Positions 16,573 through 27,167 of a stretch of DNA of 64,000 bases are shown piece by piece. This DNA is from an uncultured Bacteroidia bacterium. Its GTDB lineage: Bacteria > Bacteroidota > Bacteroidia > Bacteroidales > Prolixibacteraceae. Under the pieces are notes generated by a model. The model searched no databases. It worked only from the letters and a program-made list of their open reading frames with translations, and was not told where the DNA came from. The stretch spans positions 19,322 to 83,321 of the forward strand of contig CAIVGL010000022.1 in NCBI GenBank assembly GCA_903905505.1, in the 5' to 3' direction. The position numbers and the translations under genes were made by a program. Positions within the stretch are counted from its first letter, which is position 1, and every line of letters begins with the position of its first letter.

Positions 16573-17240
16573 TGAAAGAGGTTTCAGCAAAGCAAAAGAA
16601 ACAGGTTAAAAAGCAGACTGCCCCAATGCATATTGCCATCGCTGGGAATATTGGATCTGGAAAAACAACCTTGACCGCTATTTTAGCCAAACATTATGGC
16701 TGGGAAGCGCATTATGAAGATGTAGATGGTAATCCATATCTGAACGATTTTTACCACGATATGCAACGCTGGTCATTCAACTTGCAAGTGTACTTTTTAA
16801 ATAAACGATTTAGTCAAATCCTCGAATTTCGCAATTCGGGAAAGACGGTTATTCAAGATCGCACAATCTATGAAGATGCGGAGATTTTCGCCCCTAACTT
16901 GCACAATATGGGGCTGATGAGCACCCGTGATTTTGAGACTTATCACAATGTTTTTGACCTGATGGGGAAATTAATTCAGCCACCCGATCTGATTATTTAC
17001 CTACGAGCCTCAATCCCTACCTTAGTTCAGCAGATTCAAAAAAGAGGTCGTGACTATGAAAATACCATCCGACTAGATTATCTCAAACAACTAAATCAGC
17101 GCTACGAAGCTTGGGCAACTCGTTATCAATCGAGCAAAATTATCGTGATCAATGTGGATGAATTAAATTTTGCCGATAACAAAGAAGATTTAAGCAAAGT
17201 TATTGATCGCATTGACGCACGTTTGCATGGGCTATTCTAA
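16572..17240 (+). CDS. Deoxynucleoside kinase (dAK/dGK/dCK family)
   Basis: P-loop IAIAGNIGSGKTTL, DR(T/S) motif IQDRTIYED, LID-like region QQIQKRGRDYE. The ATG at 16572 overlaps the GH3 stop (TGATG). An alternative start MHIAIAG lies at 16626. Confidence 0.85.
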   Translation: MKEVSAKQKKQVKKQTAPMHIAIAGNIGSGKTTLTAILAKHYGWEAHYEDVDGNPYLNDFYHDMQRWSFNLQVYFLNKRFSQILEFRNSGKTVIQDRTIYEDAEIFAPNLHNMGLMSTRDFETYHNVFDLMGKLIQPPDLIIYLRASIPTLVQQIQKRGRDYENTIRLDYLKQLNQRYEAWATRYQSSKIIVINVDELNFADNKEDLSKVIDRIDARLHGLF

Positions 17241-17286
17241 ATTCTAGCTTTTACCTGAGCTATTTTTCAACCTACAAAGAGGGGTC

Positions 17287-18345
17287 ATGCAGCAGATTTT
17301 AGAGTGTGTTCCTAACTTTTCAGAAGGTCGTGATCTGACCATCATCAGTAAAATTACAGCTGCCATCGAGCGCGTTGAAGGGGTTGTGCTTCTTCATGTA
17401 GACTCGGGTTATGCCGCTAATCGCACAGTCGTCACCTTTGCTGGGCCACCTGATTTAGTCGTCGAAGCGGCTTTCCAAGCTATTAAATGTGCCTCAGACC
17501 TTATTGATATGCGCCAACATCAGGGTGAGCATCCTCGTATTGGCGCCACGGATGTGTGTCCACTTGTCCCTATTTCAGGGATAACAATCGAAGAGACTGT
17601 CGAGTATGCTCGAGCTCTTGCTCGCCGAGTGGGAACCGAATTGTCAATCCCAATCTATTGTTACGAGTCTGCTGCATTTAGTGATCATAAGAAAAGTTTA
17701 GCGAATTGTCGATCTGGTGAATATGAAGGATTGGCCACTAAGCTAAAGCTCAACGAATGGCAGCCCGATTTTGGACCATCTAAGCTAAATATAAAGTCAG
17801 GATTAACGATTATTGGAGCTCGAAATCTGCTAATCGCTTACAACATTAATTTAAACACATCATCAGTTGAATTGGCGAATGCCATTGCGAACCAGGTTAG
17901 GGAGTCGGGTTATTTGAAAAGGGTTGGAGATCCAATCCACGGTCCATTGGACCTAGACAAAAGTGGCAATCCCATTCGAATTCCGGGCTCGTTAAAGGGT
18001 GTTCGGGCTATTGGATGGTTTATTGAAGAATATGGTTTGGCCCAAGTCTCTACGAATCTCTTAGATTTTAAGACAACCAAACTGCATCAGCTCTTTGAGG
18101 AAGTGGATCGGTGCGCAAAAGAAAAGGGGGTTGCGGTAACTGGTTCTGAACTGATTGGATTGATTCCTTTAGATGCGCTATTAGAAGCTGGGACCTATTT
18201 CAGACAAAAGCAAAATCTCCCGATCCCTTGTTCAGAAGAGCTGCTGATTGAATCGGCCATTCAATTCTTAGGCCTTGCCGAGCTAAAGCCATTTGACCCA
18301 GATCAGCGAATCATTGAAAAAGTATTGCAAAAAAAGGCCCGATAG
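17287..18345 (+). CDS. Glutamate formimidoyltransferase (FtcD N-terminal type)
   Basis: N-terminus MQQILECVPNFSEGRD and HPRIGATDVCP are characteristic of the formiminotransferase domain. Confidence 0.85.
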   Translation: MQQILECVPNFSEGRDLTIISKITAAIERVEGVVLLHVDSGYAANRTVVTFAGPPDLVVEAAFQAIKCASDLIDMRQHQGEHPRIGATDVCPLVPISGITIEETVEYARALARRVGTELSIPIYCYESAAFSDHKKSLANCRSGEYEGLATKLKLNEWQPDFGPSKLNIKSGLTIIGARNLLIAYNINLNTSSVELANAIANQVRESGYLKRVGDPIHGPLDLDKSGNPIRIPGSLKGVRAIGWFIEEYGLAQVSTNLLDFKTTKLHQLFEEVDRCAKEKGVAVTGSELIGLIPLDALLEAGTYFRQKQNLPIPCSEELLIESAIQFLGLAELKPFDPDQRIIEKVLQKKAR

Positions 18346-18364
18346 ATTTTAAATTTATCGGGCC
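18336..18364. terminator. Bidirectional intrinsic terminator between convergent ftcD-like and metK genes
   Basis: 9-bp perfect stem GGCCCGATA / TATCGGGCC with an 11-nt AT loop, A-run before and T-run after. The 5' arm overlaps the ftcD-like stop codon. Confidence 0.7.
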
Positions 18365-18381
18365 TTTTAGTTTGTCATTGG

Positions 18382-19671
18382 TTAAATGCCAAATGCCGCT
18401 TTTATCTTTTCGGTATAATCAAGCTTTTCCCAAGTAAACAATTCTACTTCTTTGGTGATATTTCCAAAATAAGGGGAGTTATAGATCTTTGTGATTGTTT
18501 GGGGTGTGCGTCCCATATGGCCGTAGGCAGCTGTCTCTTCATAGATTGGATTACGAAGCTTTAGACGCGCTTCAATAGCATACGGACGCAGGTCGAAGAG
18601 TGCTGCAATCTTATCGGCAATTGCGCCATCTGTCAGGGAGATTTTTGCTGTACCATAGGTGTTTACATAAATATTCACCGGTTGAGCAACGCCAATGGCA
18701 TAAGCTAGCTGTACTAATATCTCATCCGCAATGCCAGCCGCGACCATGTTTTTTGCAATATGTCTTGCCGCATAAGCTGCCGAACGGTCTACTTTTGATG
18801 GATCTTTACCCGAAAAGGCTCCTCCGCCATGAGCTCCTTTGCCTCCGTAAGTGTCGACAATGATTTTACGACCTGTTAAGCCCGTATCTCCATGAGGTCC
18901 ACCAATAACGAATTTTCCTGTTGGATTGACAAAAAGGATATAGCCGGGGGCAAATAGTTTTTGGATGGAAGCCGGAAGTTGTGCAATCACGGCTGGAATA
19001 AGATATTGCTGAACATCTGCTTTGATCTGATCACACATGGCTTGGTCGACCTTTTCTTGTGTTTCAGGTGAGGAATCACTTGGAGAAAGAAATTCGTCAT
19101 GCTGCGTTGAAACAACAATCGTATGGACCCTGATCGGTTTGTTATCCTCCGCATATTCGATTGTAACCTGTGATTTTGAGTCAGGACGCAGATAGGTCAT
19201 AACCTTGCCTGCACGACGAATCGCTGCTAATTCTTGCAATAGAATGTGCGATAGATCGAGCGATAACGGCATATAGTTTTCTGTCTCAGAAGAGGCATAG
19301 CCAAACATCATTCCTTGGTCACCAGCTCCCTGGTTTTCACGATCTGTTTTGTCAACCCCACGATTAATATCGGGTGATTGTTCATGCAAGGCGGTTAAAA
19401 CGCCACATGAATCACCATCAAATTGGTATTCGGCTTTCGTATAACCAATTCGATTGATCACTCGACGAGCGACTTCACGTACATCGACATAGGTGGTTGA
19501 TTTGATCTCGCCAGCTAGGATCACCTGACCTGTTGTAACCAAAGTCTCACAGGCTACTTTTGCATTTGAATCATACGCTAGAAATTCGTCAAGGATGGCA
19601 TCTGAAATTTGATCAGCCACTTTGTCTGGGTGTCCTTCCGACACCGATTCTGAAGTAAATAGATATCCCAT
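18382..19671 (-). CDS. metK: S-adenosylmethionine synthetase
   Basis: [32 protein letters not shown] and [19 protein letters not shown] are canonical MetK signatures. Confidence 0.96.
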   Translation of the reverse strand: MGYLFTSESVSEGHPDKVADQISDAILDEFLAYDSNAKVACETLVTTGQVILAGEIKSTTYVDVREVARRVINRIGYTKAEYQFDGDSCGVLTALHEQSPDINRGVDKTDRENQGAGDQGMMFGYASSETENYMPLSLDLSHILLQELAAIRRAGKVMTYLRPDSKSQVTIEYAEDNKPIRVHTIVVSTQHDEFLSPSDSSPETQEKVDQAMCDQIKADVQQYLIPAVIAQLPASIQKLFAPGYILFVNPTGKFVIGGPHGDTGLTGRKIIVDTYGGKGAHGGGAFSGKDPSKVDRSAAYAARHIAKNMVAAGIADEILVQLAYAIGVAQPVNIYVNTYGTAKISLTDGAIADKIAALFDLRPYAIEARLKLRNPIYEETAAYGHMGRTPQTITKIYNSPYFGNITKEVELFTWEKLDYTEKIKAAFGI

Positions 19672-19821
19672 AATAAAATTATTTGCTACTCTGAAAACTC
19701 AAAGCAGAAATGAAAAAAAAGCAAATGGGGATAGTTGATTGATAGGAAAGGATCCAAAATTTTTGCTTTAGCATTTTTTTCCGTGGTTGCAATCAATCAA
19801 ATTTATCCACCAATAATTCGA

Positions 19822-19829
19822 CAAAGATA
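19822..19829 (-). promoter_or_regulatory. Candidate -7 box TATCTTTG for metK
   Basis: Exact TAnnTTTG match on the minus strand about 150 nt upstream of the metK ATG. Confidence 0.3.
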
Positions 19830-19972
19830 AGCTTTTTTGAGTGAAATCCACCAATTTAATTATTCTAATAGTTGTGCTTTAGGGAAAGAGTTTCTTATTC
19901 GACGCTTTTGAGGATCTAGGCAGAGATCATGCCTAATTAGCCGATATTGAATAGATTGTCAAGGATGAAAAA

Positions 19973-20899
19973 TTAGTTGTTCGTAGAGTTAGTTATTCGC
20001 ATAAACTCTTTTTCTAGGCTGGATTCTTGTTTTGACAACGTTAGAATTGTTAATTTTTGCACAACGGCAAATTTGAAAATCAGCGGACGCAAATCGTCTT
20101 TCCCCCCTTTTAAAATAAAGGTGTTGCCCGAAGCTAAATGAGATTCCAGAACGCCAGGTATTTTCAAAAGTATCTTTTCCTTGATCGGCTCAAGAAATTC
20201 TACTACGTAAAGTTGAGTCTCTCCATTTCCGAATGCTTTTATGTTTGCGGGTGAGTCGGCAGCCACTATTTGCCCTTGATTAATGATGATAATTCGATCA
20301 CATAATGCCTCTACTTCTTGCATAATATGGGTGGAGAGAATTACCGTTTTATTCACACTAATAGTCCGAATCAGTTGTCTGATTTCTACGATCTGTGTGG
20401 GATCTAGTCCAGAGGTAGGCTCATCAAGTATCAGCACTGCGGGGTCGTGTATCAGGGCTTGAGCGATCCCAATCCGTTGACGATAACCTTTTGATAAAGC
20501 GTTGATTTTTTTATGTTGTTCGCGTTCTAGGCCAGTCAAGTGAATCATCTCGTTCACTTTTGCTTTAATCCCTTTAAGGTGATACAGCCCTGCTACATAT
20601 TCTAGATATTCGGCAACATAAAGATCGGTATATAGCGGGTTGTTTTCGGGGAGATACCCAATCTGTTTTCGAATCGCCAGACTATGGTCCTTTACGGATA
20701 AACCATTGACTTCAACGAATCCATCGTCAGGCTGCATATAGCCTGTGATAATCTTCATGATGGTTGATTTGCCTGCTCCATTAGGTCCTAGCAAACCAAC
20801 GATCTCTCCAGATTTCACATTGACTGAGACGTGGTCAAGTGCTTTTTGATTGCCGTATAATTTTGTAACAGATTCGAGTTTTACAGACATGTCATGCAA
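19973..20899 (-). CDS. gldA: ABC transporter ATP-binding protein, GldA-like (gliding-motility-associated)
   Basis: Walker A GPNGAGKST, signature LSKGYRQR, Walker B LILDEPTSGLD. The N-terminal half closely resembles Flavobacterium GldA as I remember it. Alternative start at 20890 (MSVKL). Confidence 0.6.
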   Translation of the reverse strand: MHDMSVKLESVTKLYGNQKALDHVSVNVKSGEIVGLLGPNGAGKSTIMKIITGYMQPDDGFVEVNGLSVKDHSLAIRKQIGYLPENNPLYTDLYVAEYLEYVAGLYHLKGIKAKVNEMIHLTGLEREQHKKINALSKGYRQRIGIAQALIHDPAVLILDEPTSGLDPTQIVEIRQLIRTISVNKTVILSTHIMQEVEALCDRIIIINQGQIVAADSPANIKAFGNGETQLYVVEFLEPIKEKILLKIPGVLESHLASGNTFILKGGKDDLRPLIFKFAVVQKLTILTLSKQESSLEKEFMRITNSTNN

Positions 20900-21019
20900 T
20901 TTTTAACAAATCTAATCTAAAATCATGAATCAGATTCAATATGGGGGTATTATTGGAACATAAATATCCGAAATAAAACATAAATTTGTCAAAGCTTTCT
21001 AGCCAAATTTTTCGGTGGT

Positions 21020-22873
21020 ATGAAAAACCAGAATTTCAATTTCGTCGACTCCCTTTTACGATTTAAACGACAAGAAACTGCAATTGTAAAGATTGGGATG
21101 ATCACCCTTGGAGGTCAATATCCCATTCGATTACAGTCGATGACCGATACCGACACGAAGGATACTGAAAAATCTGTTGATCAGGTGATCAAGATCATAG
21201 ATGCCGGTGCCGATTTTGTGAGATTGACGGTACAGGGAACTCGGGAGGCTGAAAACCTAAAGAATATTCGTGCTGAATTAGATCGCAAAGGATATCCAAA
21301 TCCGCTGGTCGCAGATATTCATTTCAATCCATCAGCTGCTGACATTGCCATAAAATATGTTCGAAAAGTACGAATTAACCCGGGTAACTTCTACGACAAA
21401 AGGGCTAATTTCGAACATGTCCTTTATACCAACGAGGAGTATAGGAAGGAATTAATCAGTATTGAAGAGCGGTTTGTTCCGTTTATTCGAGAGTGTAAAG
21501 AGCGAGGTGCCGCCTTGCGCATTGGGGCAAACCAAGGGTCGCTCTCTGATCGGATCATGAGTCGCTATGGGGATACTTCCGCTGGAATTGTGGAGTCAGT
21601 GATGGAATTTTTGCGAATTTGCAAGCGAGAAAATTATCATAACATCGTGATCTCTATTAAATCGAGTAATACGCGCACGATGGTTTATACTGTGCGACTG
21701 ATGAATCATCAGATGCGTAAAGAAGATATGAACTATCCTTTTCATATTGGCGTAACAGAAGCCGGGGAAGGGGAGGATGGGCGCATAAAATCGGCTGTTG
21801 GTTCGGGTGCTTTGCTAGCCGATGGGATTGGTGACACCATCCGAGTATCACTTACGGAGGATCCTGCCGCGGAGATTGTTTTTGCGCGCAAATTAGTTGA
21901 CCTTTTCAAAGGCCGTGAGAATCATGCTCCGATTACGGCTCCTTTAGTCGCTCAAACAAACCCATTCGAATACGAACGTCGTTCAACTCGACCCGTTCAT
22001 GATATTGGCGGGAAGAAACCTGCAGTTGTTGTTGGCAGTCTAAATAAATATACCATAGAAGAGATCCGAACACTTAATTCGGGTATTGAACCAGAATATT
22101 TTTTCGATGGAAAGACCATAACAGACCGAAATTCTAAGTTGTATCCAGTTTTGACACTTGAAGATTATCTTTTTAATGATAATTATACTGGTCAAATGCG
22201 TTTTGTGCGGGTGAAAAAGCGAGAGTACGATATTTTCAAAAAGGAAAATCCGGAGATCGTTGAGAAGCTTAAACGTGAGCGTAAAGCAATCTTGATCATG
22301 GAAAGTGACAATCTTAATTGCTTTGCCGAGATGAGAGCCTTTTTTATGGAGCTAGATGCTCATATCTGTAAATGTCCAGTCATCCTGCACCGGGCATACA
22401 AAGAGAATAATTACGAGAACCTTCTGCTTAAAGCATCGACCGACTTAGGGGGTTTATTTATTGATGGATATGGGGATGGTATTCTTTTGACCAACGAAGG
22501 GAATATCGGTTATAATGAGTTGAAGAATCTAGCTTTTGGCATCTTGCAGGCTAGCCGAATGCGGGTAACAAAAACTGAATTTATCTCATGCCCTGGATGT
22601 GGCCGCACGTTATTTAATATTCGTGAGACCCTGGCTGACATCAAGAGTAATTTTAGCCATTTGAAGAATTTGAAGATTGGTGTTATGGGTTGCGTTGTGA
22701 ATGGTCCAGGTGAGATGGGCGATATCGACTATGGTTATGTTGGTTCGGGCAAAGGGAAGGTTAACCTTTATAAAGGACAGAAATTAATTAAGCGTCATGT
22801 CAATACGGAAGATGCCGTTGAAGAGCTTAAACAAATTATTATGGAATATGGCGAGTGGAAATCGCCTAACTGA
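21020..22873 (+). CDS. ispG: 4-hydroxy-3-methylbut-2-enyl diphosphate synthase, long (insert-containing) form
   Basis: IRLQSMTDTDT, VRLTVQG, ADIHF, RINPGN and C-terminal FISCPGCGRT ... GCVVNGPGE motifs. The 617-aa length fits the long IspG type. Confidence 0.93.
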   Translation: MKNQNFNFVDSLLRFKRQETAIVKIGMITLGGQYPIRLQSMTDTDTKDTEKSVDQVIKIIDAGADFVRLTVQGTREAENLKNIRAELDRKGYPNPLVADIHFNPSAADIAIKYVRKVRINPGNFYDKRANFEHVLYTNEEYRKELISIEERFVPFIRECKERGAALRIGANQGSLSDRIMSRYGDTSAGIVESVMEFLRICKRENYHNIVISIKSSNTRTMVYTVRLMNHQMRKEDMNYPFHIGVTEAGEGEDGRIKSAVGSGALLADGIGDTIRVSLTEDPAAEIVFARKLVDLFKGRENHAPITAPLVAQTNPFEYERRSTRPVHDIGGKKPAVVVGSLNKYTIEEIRTLNSGIEPEYFFDGKTITDRNSKLYPVLTLEDYLFNDNYTGQMRFVRVKKREYDIFKKENPEIVEKLKRERKAILIMESDNLNCFAEMRAFFMELDAHICKCPVILHRAYKENNYENLLLKASTDLGGLFIDGYGDGILLTNEGNIGYNELKNLAFGILQASRMRVTKTEFISCPGCGRTLFNIRETLADIKSNFSHLKNLKIGVMGCVVNGPGEMGDIDYGYVGSGKGKVNLYKGQKLIKRHVNTEDAVEELKQIIMEYGEWKSPN

Positions 22874-22904
22874 TATAGTTAGATCTAAATCTATCTCTAA
22901 TTCT

Positions 22905-25259
22905 TTAAAAGAAATCGTTATCTCCCTTGTGGGTTTCTTTATCTTTCATCCCTTTTGAACAGTCTAGATCCATTCGGAACCCTTCAGGAACCTCAAAGCG
23001 AGTATCTTGCGAATAGCCCAATGTGCGATCACGGTAAAGCTTATTCATAAAATATCCATAGACGGGTAAGGCCATATTCGCCCCTTGTCCCATGGTTAGA
23101 CCTTCGAAATGGATGGCTCTTAAATCACCACCTGTCCAAACGCCAGTAACTAACTCAGGGGTAATCCCCATAAACCAACCATCTGATTGATTTTGGGTGG
23201 TTCCCGTCTTGCCTGCAATATCCGCGGTTAGATTGCCATAGATTAATCCTTCTCGGCGCAGACGCTGGCTAGTCCCTTCGTTTACCACACCTTCCATAAG
23301 ATTAAGCATTAAGTAGGCTGTTTTTGGGTCAATTGCATCGTGATGATCGGGAGAAAATCGAGCCAGCACATTCCCATTTTTATCTTCAATACGTGTGACA
23401 AGGATCGGTTTAGTATAGACTCCATGATTGGCAAATGTTCCGTAAGCTCCAACCATCTCATAGATGCTAACATCCGAAGTTCCTAAGAACATCGATGGAA
23501 CCGCATCAATATGGCTTGTGATCCCTAGGTTTCGCATCATATTTGCCATTGTCTCCGGATTAAACTGCTTCATCACCCATCCTGAGACTTGATTTACCGA
23601 ATTTGCTAATCCCCATTTCAGAGTAACCATCTGGCCGTCAAAATCGGTGGTTCCAGAATTTTTTGCGGTCCAGGAAGTTCCGTCCAGAAGGTAAAAAGTT
23701 TGTTCTGCATTGGGTACCATCGTGCAAGGCGAATAACCATTCTGCATGGCTAAGGTATATAAGAATGGCTTAACGGTCGAGCCCACTTGTCTCTTCCCTA
23801 ATTTAACCATGTCGTACATGAAATATTTATAGTTCGGGCCGCCAACCCATGCTTTTACATGCCCAGTCTTCGGCTCCATGGTCATCATGGCCGATCGCAA
23901 AAAACCAAGTGAATAGCGGACGGAGTCTAATGGTGTCATCGTGGTGTCGACTTCTCCTTTTTTCCAGCTAAAAACACTCATCTCTACCGGCTTCTTAAAC
24001 GAAGCTAAAATTTCCTCTGATTTAATCCCTGTACTTTTCATCTGGCGATACCGTTCACTTTGTTTAACAGCAAAGTTTAGCAGGTTATTCGCCTCTTCAT
24101 CTGACATCGAATTCGGGAATGGCCGATTCCGCAGAATTTTTATTCGCTGATTAAATACAGGTTGTATCTCAACGCTGAGATGTTGCCGAATCGCATATTC
24201 TGCATATTTCTGCATCCGCATATCAATCGTCGAATAGATTTTTAGTCCATCTGAATGAATATTATAAGGTTTTCCGTCTGGCTTAGGATGTTTATTACAC
24301 CAGCCATACAATGGATTGGCAACCCATTCTGTCGAATCGTCTTGGAACTGTTGAGTCTGCCAAGCTCCGTATTTTTTGCGATCCGGTCGCTGCGCCATTA
24401 AAGTAGTTCGCAGGTACTCGGTAAAATAAATCCCCGGACTTGACTTGAAATCTTCTTTGTGGTAATTTAAGTTTAGCGGCTTAGTTTTTAACGAGGCATA
24501 GGTAGCTTTTGAGATAGCTCCATATTTTCGCATCTGATCAAGCACTACATTACGCCTCTGCCTAACAAGCTCTGGTCGTCTGACGGGATTGAATAACGAA
24601 GGATTCTTTGCCATTCCAATGAGCATGGCAGCTTGCTCAATTGTAAGTTGATCAGGGGTAGTTCCAAAATAGATCTGTGCGGCAGATTTAATCCCAACAG
24701 CAAGATTTAAAAAGTCAAACTTATTGAGGTACATCGTCAGGATCTCCTCTTTGGTGAAGTTGCGTTCTAGCTTAACCGCAATTACCCACTCTCTGAATTT
24801 TCGAAATGCTAAGGTTATCTTATGTCCCATGTCTTCACGTGGGAACAACATTTTCGCTAATTGCTGACTAATTGTACTTCCACCACCCGAGCTTTCATCG
24901 CTCACGATCACCCCTTTTGCGACTCTTAATAATCCCCGAATATCAATTCCTGAATGGCTATAAAAACGCTTGTCTTCAGTCGCAATGAGTGCCTTAATAA
25001 CGTTTGGACTGATCTGCTCATAGGGGACATAAGTCCTGTTTTCTTTGTAGAAAAATTTGCGAATCACGACACTATCGCAAGAATAGACCTCTGAAGCTAG
25101 AGATGTTTCAATATTCTCAAGCTCGGTCAGCGAAGGCATAAAGCCGAGGTTTCCATTGACGATTAAGGTGAATAAGATGATAACCATCACAACACCAGCG
25201 CCAAATAGACTCCAAAGTATCTTAAGGTATTTTTTTAACGATGGTGCAGAACCACTCAT
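22905..25259 (-). CDS. mrcA: Bifunctional penicillin-binding protein 1A (glycosyltransferase 51 + transpeptidase)
   Basis: GT51 motifs EDKRFYSHSGID and GGSTISQQLAK. Transpeptidase motifs STVKP, SxN region and KTGTT. N-terminal TM anchor. Confidence 0.9.
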   Translation of the reverse strand: MSGSAPSLKKYLKILWSLFGAGVVMVIILFTLIVNGNLGFMPSLTELENIETSLASEVYSCDSVVIRKFFYKENRTYVPYEQISPNVIKALIATEDKRFYSHSGIDIRGLLRVAKGVIVSDESSGGGSTISQQLAKMLFPREDMGHKITLAFRKFREWVIAVKLERNFTKEEILTMYLNKFDFLNLAVGIKSAAQIYFGTTPDQLTIEQAAMLIGMAKNPSLFNPVRRPELVRQRRNVVLDQMRKYGAISKATYASLKTKPLNLNYHKEDFKSSPGIYFTEYLRTTLMAQRPDRKKYGAWQTQQFQDDSTEWVANPLYGWCNKHPKPDGKPYNIHSDGLKIYSTIDMRMQKYAEYAIRQHLSVEIQPVFNQRIKILRNRPFPNSMSDEEANNLLNFAVKQSERYRQMKSTGIKSEEILASFKKPVEMSVFSWKKGEVDTTMTPLDSVRYSLGFLRSAMMTMEPKTGHVKAWVGGPNYKYFMYDMVKLGKRQVGSTVKPFLYTLAMQNGYSPCTMVPNAEQTFYLLDGTSWTAKNSGTTDFDGQMVTLKWGLANSVNQVSGWVMKQFNPETMANMMRNLGITSHIDAVPSMFLGTSDVSIYEMVGAYGTFANHGVYTKPILVTRIEDKNGNVLARFSPDHHDAIDPKTAYLMLNLMEGVVNEGTSQRLRREGLIYGNLTADIAGKTGTTQNQSDGWFMGITPELVTGVWTGGDLRAIHFEGLTMGQGANMALPVYGYFMNKLYRDRTLGYSQDTRFEVPEGFRMDLDCSKGMKDKETHKGDNDFF

Positions 25260-25327
25260 AGATCGATAGTTTTGAATGTTACAAACTTACATCAAAAATT
25301 TAAAATGGGTGAGGAGGCGTGCTAAAA

Positions 25328-25882
25328 TTATTCCGCGTAAAAACAGGTAATCGCCGCTATGTTAGGAAGCTTCTGATCTTTTTCTGAAAGCTTGATAGCT
25401 TCTTCGCTTAAGATCCAATCAATATTTACTGACGGATCATTCCATATTAAGCCGCCATCAGAGGCTGCGTCATAATAATTATCACACTTATAGGAGAAGA
25501 TAGCTGACTCGCTGAGCACGATAAATCCATGTGCAAAGCCTCTAGGAATAAACAGCTGGTGATGATTCTCTTCTGAAAGACGCGCAGAGACTGATTTTCC
25601 ATAAGTTGGAGAACCAATTCGTAAATCAACAGCAACATCAAGCACTTCACCTTGTAGGCATTGGACAAGCTTGGACTGCGTAAATGGAGGCTTTTGAAAA
25701 TGCAATCCACGTAAGACCCCATACTCAGATTTCGATTGATTATCTTGTACAAAGGTTACCTTGCCAGCATGTTTCTCGAATAAATCTTGCCGAAAGGACT
25801 CAAAGAAATAGCCACGATGATCACCTCTGATGAAGGGCTCAATCAATAACACGTCAGGAATTAATGTTGGAGTAATTTTCAT
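25328..25882 (-). CDS. rfbC: dTDP-4-dehydrorhamnose 3,5-epimerase
   Basis: DHRGYFFESF, GVLRGLHFQ and FIPRGFAHGF are RmlC signatures. Confidence 0.93.
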   Translation of the reverse strand: MKITPTLIPDVLLIEPFIRGDHRGYFFESFRQDLFEKHAGKVTFVQDNQSKSEYGVLRGLHFQKPPFTQSKLVQCLQGEVLDVAVDLRIGSPTYGKSVSARLSEENHHQLFIPRGFAHGFIVLSESAIFSYKCDNYYDAASDGGLIWNDPSVNIDWILSEEAIKLSEKDQKLPNIAAITCFYAE

Positions 25883-25904
25883 AATCTGATTTTTCCTTGT
25901 CGTA

Positions 25905-26780
25905 TTAGTCTGCCGCTAAGCGAAGCAAATATTGGCCATATTGGTTTTTCACCATCGGTTGTGCTAATGCGGTAAGCTCCTGTTTGTTGATCCATTTATT
26001 ATTAAAGGCGATCTCTTCAGGACAAGCGACCTTCAGTCCTTGACGAGTCTCAATCGTCTCAATAAAGTTAGAAGCTTGAATTAGGGAGGCGTGAGTTCCG
26101 GTATCCAACCATGCAAATCCACGGCCCATGGTCGAAAGTTTTAATCTCTGCTGATCCATATATACCTGGTTCACTGTCGTAATTTCTAACTCACCTCTTG
26201 CTGATGGCTTAATATTCTTCGCAACTTGAATAACAGAGTTGGGATAAAAATAGAGTCCAACAACGGCATAATTCGATTTAGGTTTTGCAGGCTTCTCCTC
26301 TAAGGATAAGACATTTCCTGCAGAATCGATCTCTGCTACTCCATATCGCTCAGGATCTGATACCACATATCCAAAGATGACAGCCTTCTTCTCATTCTTA
26401 ACAGTCTCCACGGACTCGTGAAGCATGCCAGAGAATCCATAGCCGTAAAAAATATTGTCGCCTAATACCAGACAAACATCATCAGAGCCAATAAACTCTT
26501 CCCCAAGAAGAAAAGCTTGAGCAAGTCCATCTGGAGAGGGTTGCACTTTGTAACTAATCTGAATACCCCACTCATGACCATCTCCAAGCAGTCGTTCATA
26601 CATGCCAATATCTTCTGGCGTAGAGATTAATAGGATCTCTCGAATACCCGATAACATCAAAGTTGACAAGGGATAATAAACCATGGGTTTATCATAAACG
26701 GGTAGTAACTGTTTTGACACCCCCTTTGTGATAGGATAGAGACGCGTCCCAGAGCCTCCTGCAAGTATGATTCCTTTCAT
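25905..26780 (-). CDS. rfbA: Glucose-1-phosphate thymidylyltransferase
   Basis: [37 protein letters not shown] and EKP..PKSNYAV are RmlA signatures. Confidence 0.95.
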   Translation of the reverse strand: MKGIILAGGSGTRLYPITKGVSKQLLPVYDKPMVYYPLSTLMLSGIREILLISTPEDIGMYERLLGDGHEWGIQISYKVQPSPDGLAQAFLLGEEFIGSDDVCLVLGDNIFYGYGFSGMLHESVETVKNEKKAVIFGYVVSDPERYGVAEIDSAGNVLSLEEKPAKPKSNYAVVGLYFYPNSVIQVAKNIKPSARGELEITTVNQVYMDQQRLKLSTMGRGFAWLDTGTHASLIQASNFIETIETRQGLKVACPEEIAFNNKWINKQELTALAQPMVKNQYGQYLLRLAAD

Positions 26781-26903
26781 AACTATTTTTCAGCTTTTAG
26801 GTTCAGATTATGTTCATTACTTCACGCTAACCGATCGTAAATCGAAGGGGATTCAGCACAGAGTTAACTTTGCTAAGTTATGACTCTTTTTAGTTTGAAT
26901 CCT

Positions 26904-26911
26904 CAAAAGTA
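26904..26911 (-). promoter_or_regulatory. Candidate -7 box TACTTTTG for the rfbA-rfbC operon
   Basis: Exact TAnnTTTG match on the minus strand about 125 nt upstream of the rfbA ATG. Confidence 0.3.
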
Positions 26912-26951
26912 AGGTTTATTAAGTTAACCTAGAAATTTAGAATTATTAATT

Positions 26952-27167
26952 CTAATTTACAGTTTCTCTGTGACGAATAGAATCATTCTCTCTCTCAGTT
27001 TTTGGGTTATGACCAAGTATGCAGAAAGCATTTTTATAATCCAATTCGCATTCGGTCAGTACAAAGAGTATTTTGTTATTTTTGTATGTATAACCTTGAC
27101 ATAAACAACTTACCAATATCATCTGCATAAGATTCGCGCATTGCTGTAGAATGCCAAATTTAGTCAT
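26952..27167 (-). CDS. Hypothetical 71-aa ORF (doubtful)
   Basis: Only an open frame in an AT-rich divergent intergenic region. No recognisable motif, and it would leave 32 nt for the neighbouring promoter. Confidence 0.15.
   Translation of the reverse strand: MTKFGILQQCANLMQMILVSCLCQGYTYKNNKILFVLTECELDYKNAFCILGHNPKTERENDSIRHRETVN

Noticed and set aside
19672-19972. Possible SAM-I riboswitch suggested by CTTATC and GCAACC strings upstream of metK
   Set aside because: The conserved GAGGGA/GGCCC core and four-way junction arrangement are absent. CTTATC is better explained as part of the TATCTTTG promoter box. Kept only as a low-interest open question in findings.
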